Below are positions 22,141 through 34,100 of a DNA stretch of 64,000 bases, piece after piece. The DNA comes from Flaccisagitta enflata. Taxonomy: Eukaryota. The position numbers were made by a program, and so were the translations under genes. The notes below the pieces were generated by a model, which worked only from the letters and a program-made list of their open reading frames with translations, searched no databases and had not been told where the DNA came from. Numbering within the stretch: position 1 is the first letter of the stretch; each line of letters begins with the position of its first letter. The DNA is taken from assembly GCA_965153355.1 (NCBI GenBank), contig OZ231126.1, forward strand, positions 24,304,001-24,368,000. Reading direction: 5' to 3'.

Positions 22141-22443
22141 ATCATAACATACGCATAGGCCGCAAAGCGGCTTACCCTAGTACAACTTCCCTCCAAATAT
22201 GAAGCAAATTGGTCAAGGCGTTCAAAAGTTAGCCCATTTTTAAAAGTGTGGACGACGACGACAACAACGACGACGACGACACCCACCCGCCTCGAATTAT
22301 AGTCCGCGTCGGAATGGTATTCCGTCGCGGACAAAAAGAGTCAATATGATGCTATCTTTCGAGTCTCTTAAATTTTACCTTGCTTGCTCATGCTCTCTGT
22401 CTGTCTGTCTGTCTGTCTGAATGTCTGTCTGTCTGTCTGTCTG

Positions 22444-22530
<87 letters not shown>

Positions 22531-22531
22531 C

Positions 22532-24334
22532 TTACGACTTTTTTCCTACGGCGATTACCGCATTTATTGGTAAACACTGGCAGAAGTCTCTGAGTTCATC
22601 TCTGTCTACAACACAGTACGGGGCATTTCCATATCTATCTAGTCTCGAGGCAAATTTCAAGTCTACAATAGTGACATTGCTCTTCATGTCGACCCACGCC
22701 TGGAAGAGTCCTTTGGGTTCCATCTTCATCTGCAGAACGTAGGTTTCTTCATCCCTGACTTTTCTCGACTGATCCACTTCCTTAAGAGTCAGCTTGGCGC
22801 ATTTCCCCTTCATCACAGCCATTGCTTCATTGACCGTCTGGACGAAAGCAGCGGCCGCCATTTTTACTTTTGTTTCTTTGACGTCAACTTCCTCAAATCG
22901 ATGGCAATTGCAAAAGGCGATGGGGACTCTTGCATCCGTGCAGCTTCTATCTGGCACCGGCGTCAACAGCGAAAGGCTCTTACCATCACCATCAAAATCG
23001 TTCTCCCACTCGCTGGCGTTGGTCTGCAGATGCAGTAGGTGCAGTAGAGTTTTGCGGACATCGTAGACGCTGACAAGACGCTGCGAATTGACGCGAATAT
23101 TTCTAACGAGATCGGAAAATCGACTTTGGAACCATTTGGGGAAAACAGTGAACAAAATTGGCGCGTTATTTTCCATATTTCCCTGAAAGGTTTTTGCAAA
23201 CGAATCTAGCCGCACGCCATGATCGGAGATGAAGATCAAAACGGCGTCGTCCAAATCACCCATTTCATTCATCCTCTCCATGAGTCGCCGCGTTGGTTGA
23301 TCCGCCATTTTGGCCCAGTTAACATAGTCGTGCGTCCACGAACTGCTCCAGACAAACGCGAAAATGGAGTCTTCGGGATATGATCGATGAGCGTCCAGAA
23401 AGTCCGAAAAATAATCCTGCACCATATTTCCAAACCGGCGACCGTGGATGCAGCCATGGGACCCGTCGGATTGTTTCGGCAGCGTTTCGTAAAATTTCAG
23501 GACATTTCGAAATCTTCTGTCTAATTTGGCGTCGTTGAAACCCATAGCCCATGCAGTTGTGTCCCAATCATCGCCGTAAAATGTCCAAAAGCCTTTCGAG
23601 TGGAAATTGTCCCAGAGAGTAGGACCTTTATCATCCCCCGTCAATCGTTCCGTGTCGCCGGTGAACAGAGCGGCGAGGTTTGGACGAGTGTTTAAGCCGA
23701 CTTTGTTGAACATGACAAATTCCGTGGCATTGAGCGAGTCCAACAAATATCTTCGGGTCTTGGAAAGATGACGAATCGTATTTAGTCTCGATGTAGAATC
23801 CAGGCCGATGATGAAGACGTTGAAGGGTTTGGCAGGTGGGGTTTGAGATCTCGAAGCTCTTTCCTTCGACTTGATTTCGCGCTTCTTCTCGGCGACATTT
23901 GTGGGTCTGTGCGGTAAACTTACAAAGTGCGCGAGTGGCTCGTTCTTGCATCTTATCTTGATAAAGCTAGCGTTAACTTTCGTTTCTTTCAGAACGTTGA
24001 AGCCAACTTCTTGACCTTTTTCTTGATTTTCCCCTTCGATCACCGTGTATTTACAACCCCGGGGACGTCTCGCCATCTTCTTCTTCTTCTTCTTCTTCTT
24101 CTTCTTCAATATTCGGTTGCGTATGTTCTTCTCAAGCCCAAAGGACGTTGGAGTAAAAGCTACAAAAGGCGAGTTAAAGCGAGGACAATCGGGAATGGTT
24201 GAGTAGTCGAACAAACTGGCGATCGACTTGTCAAATGGATCCGGATTGTAAATGTGACATTTGCCAGAGGAAGCGCCTTTCATCAGTGGCACTTTTTTTG
24301 GCTTGGCTAGTGAAGCTAGAGTCGGATTCATCAT
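22532..24334 (-). CDS. DUF229-family protein, copy B, single large catalytic exon (true start probably a splice acceptor at 24315 or 24306)
   Basis: Uninterrupted 600-codon ORF with NVFIIGLDSTSR, NKVGLNTRPN, WTHD, SDHG and terminal RLDRYG...C...FCQC, typical of DUF229 proteins. Confidence 0.9.
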   Translation of the reverse strand: MMNPTLASLAKPKKVPLMKGASSGKCHIYNPDPFDKSIASLFDYSTIPDCPRFNSPFVAFTPTSFGLEKNIRNRILKKKKKKKKKKMARRPRGCKYTVIEGENQEKGQEVGFNVLKETKVNASFIKIRCKNEPLAHFVSLPHRPTNVAEKKREIKSKERASRSQTPPAKPFNVFIIGLDSTSRLNTIRHLSKTRRYLLDSLNATEFVMFNKVGLNTRPNLAALFTGDTERLTGDDKGPTLWDNFHSKGFWTFYGDDWDTTAWAMGFNDAKLDRRFRNVLKFYETLPKQSDGSHGCIHGRRFGNMVQDYFSDFLDAHRSYPEDSIFAFVWSSSWTHDYVNWAKMADQPTRRLMERMNEMGDLDDAVLIFISDHGVRLDSFAKTFQGNMENNAPILFTVFPKWFQSRFSDLVRNIRVNSQRLVSVYDVRKTLLHLLHLQTNASEWENDFDGDGKSLSLLTPVPDRSCTDARVPIAFCNCHRFEEVDVKETKVKMAAAAFVQTVNEAMAVMKGKCAKLTLKEVDQSRKVRDEETYVLQMKMEPKGLFQAWVDMKSNVTIVDLKFASRLDRYGNAPYCVVDRDELRDFCQCLPINAVIAVGKKS

Positions 24335-24569
24335 TGAGGTGTGTCACATACTTAACAGTGTTTCTTGATATTTTGTCCGTCTATGGGTCCGTCCATGGGT
24401 CTGTTACGCATAAGTCGATAAGCGTAAAGACATATCTATCCGCACTCCCCCCCCCCTTCCCCTTTAATTCTTTTTTAACATTTCGTTTCTATCATCATGA
24501 CTTTTTGTTCGTTTGTTGGTTGTTTTTTTTTGTAGGATTGTTTGTTCATTGTTTGTTCATTTCTGAATT

Positions 24570-24951
24570 TTTCTCTTTTCTATCGTTCCTACTTTCTTTT
24601 TTTCTTTTTTTCTCTTTTTCTCTTTTTCTCTTTTTCTCTTTTTCTCTTTTTCTCTTTTTCTTTTTTTTTTTTTTTTCTTTATTTCTTTATTTCTTTATTT
24701 CTTTTTTTCTTTTTTACTTTTTTTTTTTCTTTTTCTTTTTCTTTTTTCTTTTTCTTTTTTTCTTTTTTTCTTTTTTTCTTTTTTCTTTTTTTTCTTTTTC
24801 TTCTTTTTCTTCTTTTCTTCTTTTCTTCTTTCTTTTCTTTTTTTCTTTTTCTTTTTTTCTTTTTCTTTTTCTTTTTCTCTTATTTTCTTTTTTTCTTTTT
24901 TTCTTTTTTTCTTTTTTTCTTTTGTTTTTCTTTCTTTGTTTCTTTCTTTCG

Positions 24952-25007
<56 letters not shown>

Positions 25008-25167
25008 ATTTTTCTATTTTTCATGCTTTTATTCTTCTTTTTTTTTCTTTTTTTCTATCTTTATTCCTGTCTTTCTTCTTTTCTTTCTTTTTTCTACTTA
25101 CTTAATTTTCCACTTTCTTACTTTCTTTCTTTCTCATTTTCTTACTTTCTTTCTTCTCTTACTTTTT

Positions 25168-25243
<76 letters not shown>

Positions 25244-25277
25244 TTTTTTTCTTAATTTCTTTCTTTCTTTCTTAATT

Positions 25278-25348
<71 letters not shown>

Positions 25349-25410
25349 GTCTGTCTGTCTGTCTGTCCGTCTTTCTGTCTTTCTTTCTTTCTCTCTTTCT
25401 TTCTTTTTTT
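24570..25410. repeat. T-rich/(CTTT)n tract filling the copy B intron
   Basis: Direct inspection. Confidence 0.93.
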
Positions 25411-25469
25411 CTGGATTTTTTGTTCTTCCATCTTTCTCGGATTCATCACCCCACAATGATGAAACCAAC

Positions 25470-25610
25470 CATCTTCACTTTGCAAAGAGTAAAGACAACC
25501 GTAGAAGACCATCAAAGAGGCGAACAGTAGTATCGGCAATTTGCGGCTTCTTGCGAGCGGCGTCACGACGGCTACCTCCTGAATCGCCTTTTCATTCGAC
25601 AATGATGAGG
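25470..25610 (-). CDS. DUF229 copy B upstream exon encoding the signal anchor (RKLPILLFASLMVFYGCLYSL)
   Basis: Acceptor tttttttgatttgatcAG; donor G|GTTGGT, phase 1, compatible with ctAG|CT or ctAG|CC of the large exon. Supplies the TM segment that the large ORF lacks. Confidence 0.65.
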
Positions 25611-26381
25611 CTGATCAAATCAAAAAAATATCCTCTATTATATCTTTGACAAACATCGGTTCATGGTGCCAAATCACTGAATACTGCTAGAATTACCATT
25701 TGTACCAGGCTCGTTTATCCGTAACTCGGTAGGTTCGAGTTTTTTTTTGAAATCCATATTTTTTTTTAGAAAACGTGATTTCGAAAACGTTAGGATGTGT
25801 TTGAACAGGATGTTCTCAGTTGGCATGGAAACAAAATATTATTGTTTACACTGCTCACACGGCGACAATGATCCTCTTTGTGAACCAAACGTTTCATTGA
25901 TATGATCCTGATGCATATACAGTCATCTCGAATCTCGCTTACGCAGAGCAAAATGCTACGTGTAGAGAAAACAAGGCCGGATACACGGCTACCGAAGTCG
26001 CGTCCGGATGGGCAGGGGCAGTGATAAAGATTGCTAACCAAGCATCTGGGCAGGAGCGGTAATGCAAAAAACGCCAAAAACGCCGAAAGAAAGCACAGTG
26101 TTACCGACCGACGGACCGATCGACATAGCGGGTTGTAGAGTCGCGTGCAAACGTCTGAAAAAAGGACAGTTACAAAATCGAGGATAGAAAAAAAGGCAAC
26201 ATGTACTTATAGGGAAGCCCTGAAACCTCCGATGATTCGGTGACCGCAGACGCAGAAACATGATGACCGTTGACTTTTCGGGTGTCATTGACGACCGGCC
26301 ACTGCGGTAACTGCGGTACAAACAGAACACAGAAGGTGACCCAACGTCCAACCGCAGGTCACTATCCTTTGCTCCACCTCC

Positions 26382-26465
<84 letters not shown>

Positions 26466-26471
26466 TTGTTT

Positions 26472-26539
<68 letters not shown>

Positions 26540-26561
26540 ATCAATTAACTTTCTCGTTGTA

Positions 26562-26593
<32 letters not shown>

Positions 26594-26703
26594 CTTCTTC
26601 TTCTTCTTCTTCTTCACCTTCTTCTTCCTCTTCTTCTTCTTCTTCTTGCTTTTTATCAACTGTTTCCTCTTCTTCTTCTTCTTCTTCTTCTTCTTCTTCT
26701 TCT

Positions 26704-26750
<47 letters not shown>

Positions 26751-26901
26751 TTCTTCTTCTTCTTCTTGCTTTTTATCAACTGTTTCCTCTTCTTCTTCAT
26801 CTTCTTCTTCTTCTTCTTTTTCTTCTCCTTCTTCTTCTACTTCATCTTCTTCTTCTTCTTCTTCTTCTTCTTCTTCTTCTTCCTCTCTTCTTCTTCTTCT
26901 C

Positions 26902-26947
<46 letters not shown>

Positions 26948-28095
26948 TCCATCTCCTTTTTCTTCTTCATCTTCTTCTTCTTCTTCTTCTTCTTCTTCTT
27001 CTTCTTCTTCTTCTTCTTCTTCTTCTTCTTCTTCTTCTTCTTCTTCTCCTTCTCCTTCTTCTTCTTCTTCTTCTTCTTCTTCTTCTTCTTCTTCTTCTTC
27101 TTCTTCATCTTCTTCTCCTTCTCCTTTTTCTTCTTCATCTTCTTCTTCTTCTTCTTCTTCTTCTTCTTCTTCTTCTTCTCTTTCTTCTTCTTCCTCTTCA
27201 TCTTCTTCTCCTTCTCCTTTTGGGCAGCGGCCCCGGAGGGGCCGATGACCTATGATTCCACATAGGGCAATTTTCTCCGGTTTCCGTCCGTCCGTCCGTC
27301 CGTCCCCCCCCTCCCGCAAGCCTCAAATAAGGCCTCTCAGACCCCATATCAGGCCTTTCAGACCCCAAATCAGACCTTACTGACCTCAAATCAGGCCTCT
27401 CAAACCCCAAATTAGGCCTCCCAGACCCTAAATCAGGCCTCTCAGACCCCAAATCAGGCCTTCAGACCCAAGATCAAGCTTTTCAGACCCCAAATTAGGC
27501 CTCTCAGACCCAAATCAGGCCTCAGACCCCTAATCAGGCTTTTCAGACTCCAAATTAGACCCCTCGGACCCAAATCAGGCCTTTCAGACCCCAAATCAAG
27601 CTTCTCAGACCCCAAACCATGCCTCTCAGACCCTAAATCAGACCTTTCAGACCCAAAATCAGGCCTCTCAGCCCTCCAAACCAGCCCTCTCAAACCGGAA
27701 AAAATTGTCCTATGTGGAATCATAGGTCATCGGCCCCTCCGGGGCCGCTGCCCCTCTCAAAATCTCATTCCCACATACACTAACGTAGGGGCATCGGGTA
27801 CCGCTGACCATGTAACGCTTTTGCGACTATTTCTTCTTCATCTTCTTCTCCTTCTTCTTCTACTTCATCTTCTTCTCCTTCTTCTTCTTCTTCTTCTTCT
27901 TCATCTTCTCCTTCTTCATCTTCTTCTTCTTCTTCTTCTTCTTCTTCTTCTTCACCTTCTTCTTCTTCTTCTTCTTCTTCTTCTTCTTCTTCTTCATCTT
28001 CTTCTTCTTCTTCTTCTTCTTCCTCTCTTCTTCTTCTTCTTCTTCTTCTTCTTCTTCTTCTTCTTCTTCTTCTTCTTCTCTCTTCTTCTTCTTCT

Positions 28096-28142
<47 letters not shown>

Positions 28143-28335
28143 TTCTTCTTCTTCTTCTTCTTCTTCTTCTTCTTCTTCTTCTTTTTCTCCTCCTTCTTCT
28201 TCTCCTTCTTCTTCTTCTTCTTCATCTTCATCTTCTTTTTTTTCTCCCTCTTCGACTTCTTCTTTCTCTCCCTCTTCTTCTTGGTTAATATTTTTCTTTT
28301 TCATCTTCATCTTCATCTTCTTCTTTCTCCTTCCT
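26382..28335. repeat. (TTG)n then long (TTC)n tract, interrupted by an element at 27222-27831
   Basis: Direct inspection. Confidence 0.93.
27222..27831 (+). mobile_element. Long-IR HINE-like element with internal ~21-bp tandem repeats, inserted in (TTC)n
   Basis: IR GGGCAGCGGCCCCGGAGGGGCCGATGACCTATGATTCCACATAGG, (GTCC)n, AGGCCTCTCAGACCCCAAATC repeats, tail GGGCATCGGGTACCGCTGACCA. Confidence 0.82.
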
Positions 28336-28771
28336 CTTCCTGCGGTCACTGCCACGTGGACCTCGTGATCATTGGCTACGCGGTCAAGTTGTTGGTCGTC
28401 GTTGGAGCTTGTTGTTGTTATTGTTGTCGTTCCGTTGTCGGTCGGCGGTCGGCGGCTTGTCGGCCTCATAAAACTATAAAGCTGTCAAAGTCGTGAAAAC
28501 AAATCCAACCCGTTGTATCCGTTCGGCCGTCCATCCGGAGAAATATGGTGCCATGGGTCAAGCCCTCGGCCGAGGCGAGGGCGGGGCTCGTACTCAGTGT
28601 ATATTTTCAGTGGCGGAGGCGGAGGCGGAGAACACAAATGGTCACTCAGGGATGATTGGAATGATTTTTCACGATTTCCAAGAATCGTTCTTTCGCTTTT
28701 GGTGTCCGTTTACCTTGGACAGTAGAGTGTATATTGAGGTGGGTAAGAAAAGTTTGTGGTTGCATTTTAGA

Positions 28772-28883
28772 ACAAGGCCAAGTAGGCCAATGGGTGCGAC
28801 GGGTGGATAGGTTAGGGTGACCGACCGACCAAGAGACAGACGGACACGACCGGCTATGAAGGTGCGTTGGCGCACCCGAAAAT
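28772..28883 (-). mobile_element. Short HINE-like element (GGTGCG subfamily; also 33430-33552, 40680-40808, 47329-47534)
   Basis: AACAAGGCCAAGTAGGCC...GGTGCGAC...(GACC)n...GGTGC-N4-5-GCACC-AAAA shared among four copies. Confidence 0.75.
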
Positions 28884-28944
28884 TAAATGAAAGAAAGGGG
28901 ATGAGAATGGAAGCAAACTGATGAGATAAAGATAGAAAGATAGT

Positions 28945-28966
28945 AAGAAAGAAAGAAAAACAGTGA

Positions 28967-29018
<52 letters not shown>

Positions 29019-29070
29019 AGAAAAGAATGAAAGAAAAAGGAAAAATAGAAAGAAGAAAGAAAGAAAGAAA

Positions 29071-29115
<45 letters not shown>

Positions 29116-29184
29116 GAAAAGAAAGAAAGAAAGAAAGAAAAGAAAAGAAAGAAAGAGAAAGAAAGAAAGAAAGAAAGATAGAAA

Positions 29185-29216
<32 letters not shown>

Positions 29217-29222
29217 AGAAAG

Positions 29223-29293
<71 letters not shown>

Positions 29294-29465
29294 AACAAAC
29301 AAACAAACAAACAAACAAACAAACAAACAAACAAACAAACAAACAAACAAAAAAAAAGCAAACAAACAAACAAACAAACAAACAAACAAACAAACAAACA
29401 AACAAACAAACAAGCAAGCAAGCAAACAAGCAAACAAACAAGCCAAGAGCAGCGCAACAAACAAT
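28945..29465. repeat. (GAAA)n/(CAAA)n microsatellite
   Basis: Direct inspection. Confidence 0.93.
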
Positions 29466-30244
29466 AAATGATAGATACCAACGAGCCACCGAAAGAAAAA
29501 AAGAAGGAGAGGAAAGAAAAAAAAAGAACAATATCATTTCAAAAAAATTGATAATGAAAGAAAAAGATTCCAGAAACTGACAGACGGGTTTGAAAGAGTG
29601 GACAGATAGATTCAAAAAGACAGACATTCGATAAGCGTCGGTAAGAAGACAGGATGTCAGACGGAGGACAGCAGACAGAGACAGAGAAGAATCAGACTGA
29701 AAGAATCAGACTGATGAATGTGAGAGGCTGAAAGGCTTTTCATTTTCAATCTCCTCCTCCTCTCTCTCCTGCTCCTCCTCATCCTCTTCCTCATTCTCCT
29801 CCTCCTTCATCTCATCCGGTCGAGAAGCATTCAATCTTTTGATGAATGTTTTCTGGGCGAATAAGACTCGAGGGAAGAACTAGATCAAAATCAAGAATGG
29901 GATAAAAGAAAAAAGCAAGCTTTTTTTGGCTTTTTGCAAAAGTGGGTCCGCGCTAGATTCAGGCTTTTCAATTCCACTTCTATAGATCGACTCAAGTTGA
30001 TGAATTTCTCTTTTCTTTTCTCTATCTTTCATTTCTGCGCTTTTTCACTTTTTTTTTCTTTCTTTCTACATGGGAGTGATGGGACATGGCATGTTTTTGT
30101 ATGTTCTTCCCAGTTAGTCCGTCCGTAGCGATTTTGATTGCGTAATGAAAAATCGTAAATCCCTTCATTAATGCCTTCATATTCAGGTTATTGTTCATTC
30201 ATTCATTTATTAATTGATTATTCTATTAATCAATTAATCAATAA

Positions 30245-30670
30245 TTCATTCATTCATTCATTCATTCATTCATTCATTCATTCATTCATTCATTCATTTA
30301 TTCATTTATTCATTCATTCATTCATTCATTCATTCATTCATTCATTCATTCATTCATTCATTCATTCATTCTCTCATACATTCAGTCAGTCTTTCATTCC
30401 TTTATTCATTCATTCATTCATTCATTCATGTATTCATTCATTCATTCATTCATTCATTCATTCATTCATTCATTCATTCATTCATTCATTCATTCATTCA
30501 TTCATTCATTCATTCATTTATTCATTCATTCATTCATTTATTCATTCATTCATTCAATCATGATAAGTTAAGAAGTCGGGCGTCATTCATTCATTCTTTC
30601 GTTAATTCATTCATTCATTCATTCATTCATTCATTCATTCATTCATTCATTCATTCATTCATTTATTCAA
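30245..30670. repeat. (ATTC)n microsatellite (also 51125-51220, 54880-55135)
   Basis: Direct inspection. Confidence 0.93.
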
Positions 30671-31050
30671 ACCAACTTATCGGTGAGAGTTTATTTATAC
30701 GCAAATATTTGATGTATCTGCCTGGCGAGTAGCGACTTTTGTAGAATGAGAGAAAGACTCAGAAGTAGATGCATAGATCGAGACAGGTGAAACAAATAAC
30801 AGACTTCGATAGAGTAATGGAGATAGATTTGGCGAAAAGGTGACGGTTGAAAAAAAGGGAATTAGAAAACGTTATACTATAACTTATAGAGTCAGCAGGA
30901 AACAGAAAGAAGCGGGACTAAGTGAATATTTCCAAAGATAGCGAGGGAAAGTGAAACTTTTGAGTTCGTTTTTCATAGTGGAGTTAGTGTATGACGCAGC
31001 ATGTAAGTATTTGTCAGTGAAGTAGATCTGATGGCGTTTTGATTTGTACT

Positions 31051-31355
31051 TTTTAGATGCGTCCGTCAGGAACGCATCTCTATAGGCGGTCTGTCCGTCC
31101 GTCCGTCCGTCGGTCGGTCCATCCGTCGGTCGGTCCGTCCGTCCGTCGGTCGGTCCATTACGCCTGTGCAAAAACCGCGTTTCTCTGCTGTTTTTGGCCA
31201 CAGTGAGATCCTACACTGAAACAAATGATCAACCAACATGTTTTGAGAGTCTTTTCACCCGTCTGTTTGTCCATCTGTCTCTTTCATACATATGTCACAT
31301 GATCAATACACGCTGAGACACAGCCCGGACGCATCGTTGCCCGGTCGGGCTTGTT
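31051..31355 (+). mobile_element. HINE-like element
   Basis: AGATGCGTCC...ACGCATCT hairpin, (GTCS)n, 3' GGACGCATC, hairpin GCCCGGTCGGGC, TTGTT end. Confidence 0.78.
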
Positions 31356-32558
31356 TATACAATGTAGCTATGAAGCTGCTGAACACAAATAATTGACAAA
31401 CAGCAACATTTATAGGCAGCGTCCTATAGCGGCTTCCCGTTTTTCTAGCTGAAAAGGCAGGATTCGAACCCATGAAAATCTTTGCTCTCCCTGTCTACCA
31501 AAGAGAAACTTACGTGCGACAAGAAAGACAGAGACAAAGACAGAGACAGAGAGAAAGGAAAACCGTTGACGTAGGCGGAGGCTGTTTCTCCATGCAAGGT
31601 AAAGCATCGAGGCGTTGAAACAATCTTGCGTCCATTCAGCGCCATTGAAGCGCCGGAAACCAATCACAACGTCCCTCGAAGTGGCGTCGCCACAAAGAGC
31701 AGCTCCACGCCAACAACTCCTTGCACAAATAGTAGCTTCACAACACAAACCCCTTACAACGTCACTCAAAGTGGTGTTGCCACAAAGAGCAGCTTCATGA
31801 CACCAACCCCTTGCACCGTCACTTGATGTTGCATCGCCACAAAGATCAGCTCCACACCAACAACTACTCGCAATATCACTTGAAGTGGCGTCACCACTGA
31901 GAGTAGCTCCACACCAACAACTTCTTGCAGAAATAGTAGCTTTACAACACAAACCCCCCAGCAACGTCACTCAAAGTGGTGTTGCCACAAAAAGCAGCTT
32001 CATGAATCATGGCACCAACCCCTTGCAAAGTCACTTGAAATGTTATCGTCACAAAGGTTAACTCCACGCCAACAACTCCCCGCAATGTCACTTAAAGTGG
32101 CATCGCCATAAAGATCAGCTCCACACCAACAACTACTCGCAACATCACTTGAAGTGGCGTCGCCACTAAGAGTAGCTCCACACCAACAACTTCTTGCAGA
32201 AATAGTAGATTCACAACACAAACCCCTTACAACGTCACTCAAAGTGGTGTTGCCACAAAGAGCAGCTTCATGACACCAACCCCTTGCACCGTCATTTGAT
32301 GTGGCATCGCCACAAAGATCAGCTCCACACCAACAGCTACTCGCAATATCACTTGAAGTGGCGTCACCACTGAGAGTAGCTCCACTCCAACAACTTCTAG
32401 CAGAAATAATAGCTTTACAACACAAACCCCCTGCAACGTCACTCAAAGTGGTGTTGCCACAAAAAGCAGCTTCATGAATCATGACACCAACCCCTTGCAA
32501 AGTCACTTGAAATGTCATCGTCACAAAGGTTAGCTCCACGCCAACAACTCCCAGCAAT

Positions 32559-32976
32559 CTGGAATAATAACAAGTTTTTCCCGAATTTTCGACGGCCCAT
32601 GCCGTCTTTGTCGAGGGATTTTTTAGCCTGGAATGTTGAAATACAAATTGTCATATCAGTAATAATTGAAATCGTTTTCATTTCAGATTTGACACTTTTT
32701 TGAGATTCTGTTCCGAATTTTTCACCTTTTGAACGCCTTCTTCAGTAGTACGCACAGGATAGAGTCAAAATCTAGACTGCTCTTCTTGTTAACACTCCCC
32801 TGGGTTATAGTCATTTCTTATTAACAAAAAAAACCCAGGTTCATGCCACTTTACTTTCTCTTGTTCTCCTCATTGTAAGTCCCCAGGCAGTTTATCCAGT
32901 ATCTTTCCCTCGTGACCCTGTAAACGTCGTCCTTTCCTTTCACCTCCTCAATCACCATCACTCCCATGTCTTCATC
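32559..32976 (-). mobile_element. 3' fragment of a second Penelope-like copy, inserted into a minisatellite
   Basis: Colinear with 11886-12290; encodes ...MGVMVIEEVKGKDDVYRVTRERYWINCLGTYNEENKRK* plus the full 3' tail. The minisatellite resumes at ~32977. Confidence 0.88.
32579..32618 (-). ncRNA. Minimal type I hammerhead-like motif (non-canonical core), Penelope copy 2
   Basis: UCCC-UCGACAAA-GACGGC augg GCCGUC-GAA-AAUU-C-GGGA. Confidence 0.65.
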
Positions 32977-33876
32977 TTAAAGTGGCGTCGCCACAAACAG
33001 CCGCTCCACGCCAACAACTCCTCGCAGCGTCACTTGAGGTGGCGTCGCCACTGAAAGTAGCTCCACGTCAAAAACTACTAGCACAATAAGAAGCTTCAAA
33101 ACACAAACCCCTTGCGACATCACTCAAAGTGGCGTTGCTACAAAGAGCAGCTTCATGACACCAATCGCAATCGCAACTTGGCTCCGAGCAGCGCCACCAA
33201 CAAACAACGTCAAGCGCTTTCTACCAAAATAAGAAAGAATTGAAAATTGCTACGACTAGATGGAAGAACGGACGGACTGACTGACCAATAATGCGAGCTA
33301 TGAAATGAGATCATTCGATTACAAATTATTAGGACTAAACCCTAAAAATAAACGTTAAATGTTAAGATAGTTACAACATAGTCATCCATCAACTTTAGGA
33401 CACAAGTACTCAGAGACCGCAACCCAAAAAACAAGGCCAAGTAGGCCAATAAGGTGCGATGTAAGGATCGTCGAACGAATGCGTTGGAGATAGACCGACC
33501 AACCGACAGACGGACACAGCCAGTTATAGAGGTGCTTTGTCGCACCTAAAAAGTAAAAGAGAAAAAGAGAGTGTTTGAGTTATGATGAGAATCCGATCTC
33601 CACACTTTCCTCTACCGAGGATTCTTCTTCATTTTCAGAGTCAAATGGAGAGCAAGAATAAATGACTGTCCTGGGAACTGACAAATGCAATCATCAAACC
33701 GATGGCATCTTTCTTTTCCCCCTTTCTCTCTGTCTTTCTCTGTCTGTGCCTCTTTACGTCTCTGCATCTTGTTCTGTCCATTTATCAGTTTGCCTGCGTG
33801 TCTATCTGTCTGTCCTTAACCATTTTTTTTCAAATATCACAGGCAGCGTGCCTGTTTATCTGTCTGTACCTTGACA

Positions 33877-34100
<224 letters not shown>

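Larger units (their letters stand above)
31668..33165. repeat. Minisatellite (~54-57-bp base unit) with a ~473-bp higher-order duplication, interrupted by a Penelope fragment
   Basis: GTCACTCAAAGTGGTGTTGCCAC at 31761/32234 and 31966/32438. Confidence 0.88.

Noticed and set aside
24316-24334. ATG at 24334 as the true start of copy B
   Set aside because: It would lack the signal anchor; a phase-compatible upstream TM exon and acceptors at 24315/24306 fit better.
25572-25595. MKRRFRR start resembling copy A's MNRRLFRK
   Set aside because: It stops after 7 codons and is out of frame with the TM segment; it would need a frameshift for which I have no evidence.
32715-32745. Canonical hammerhead core CUGAAGA...GAAA on the minus strand
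   Set aside because: No stem II can form, and the motif is not conserved in copy 1.
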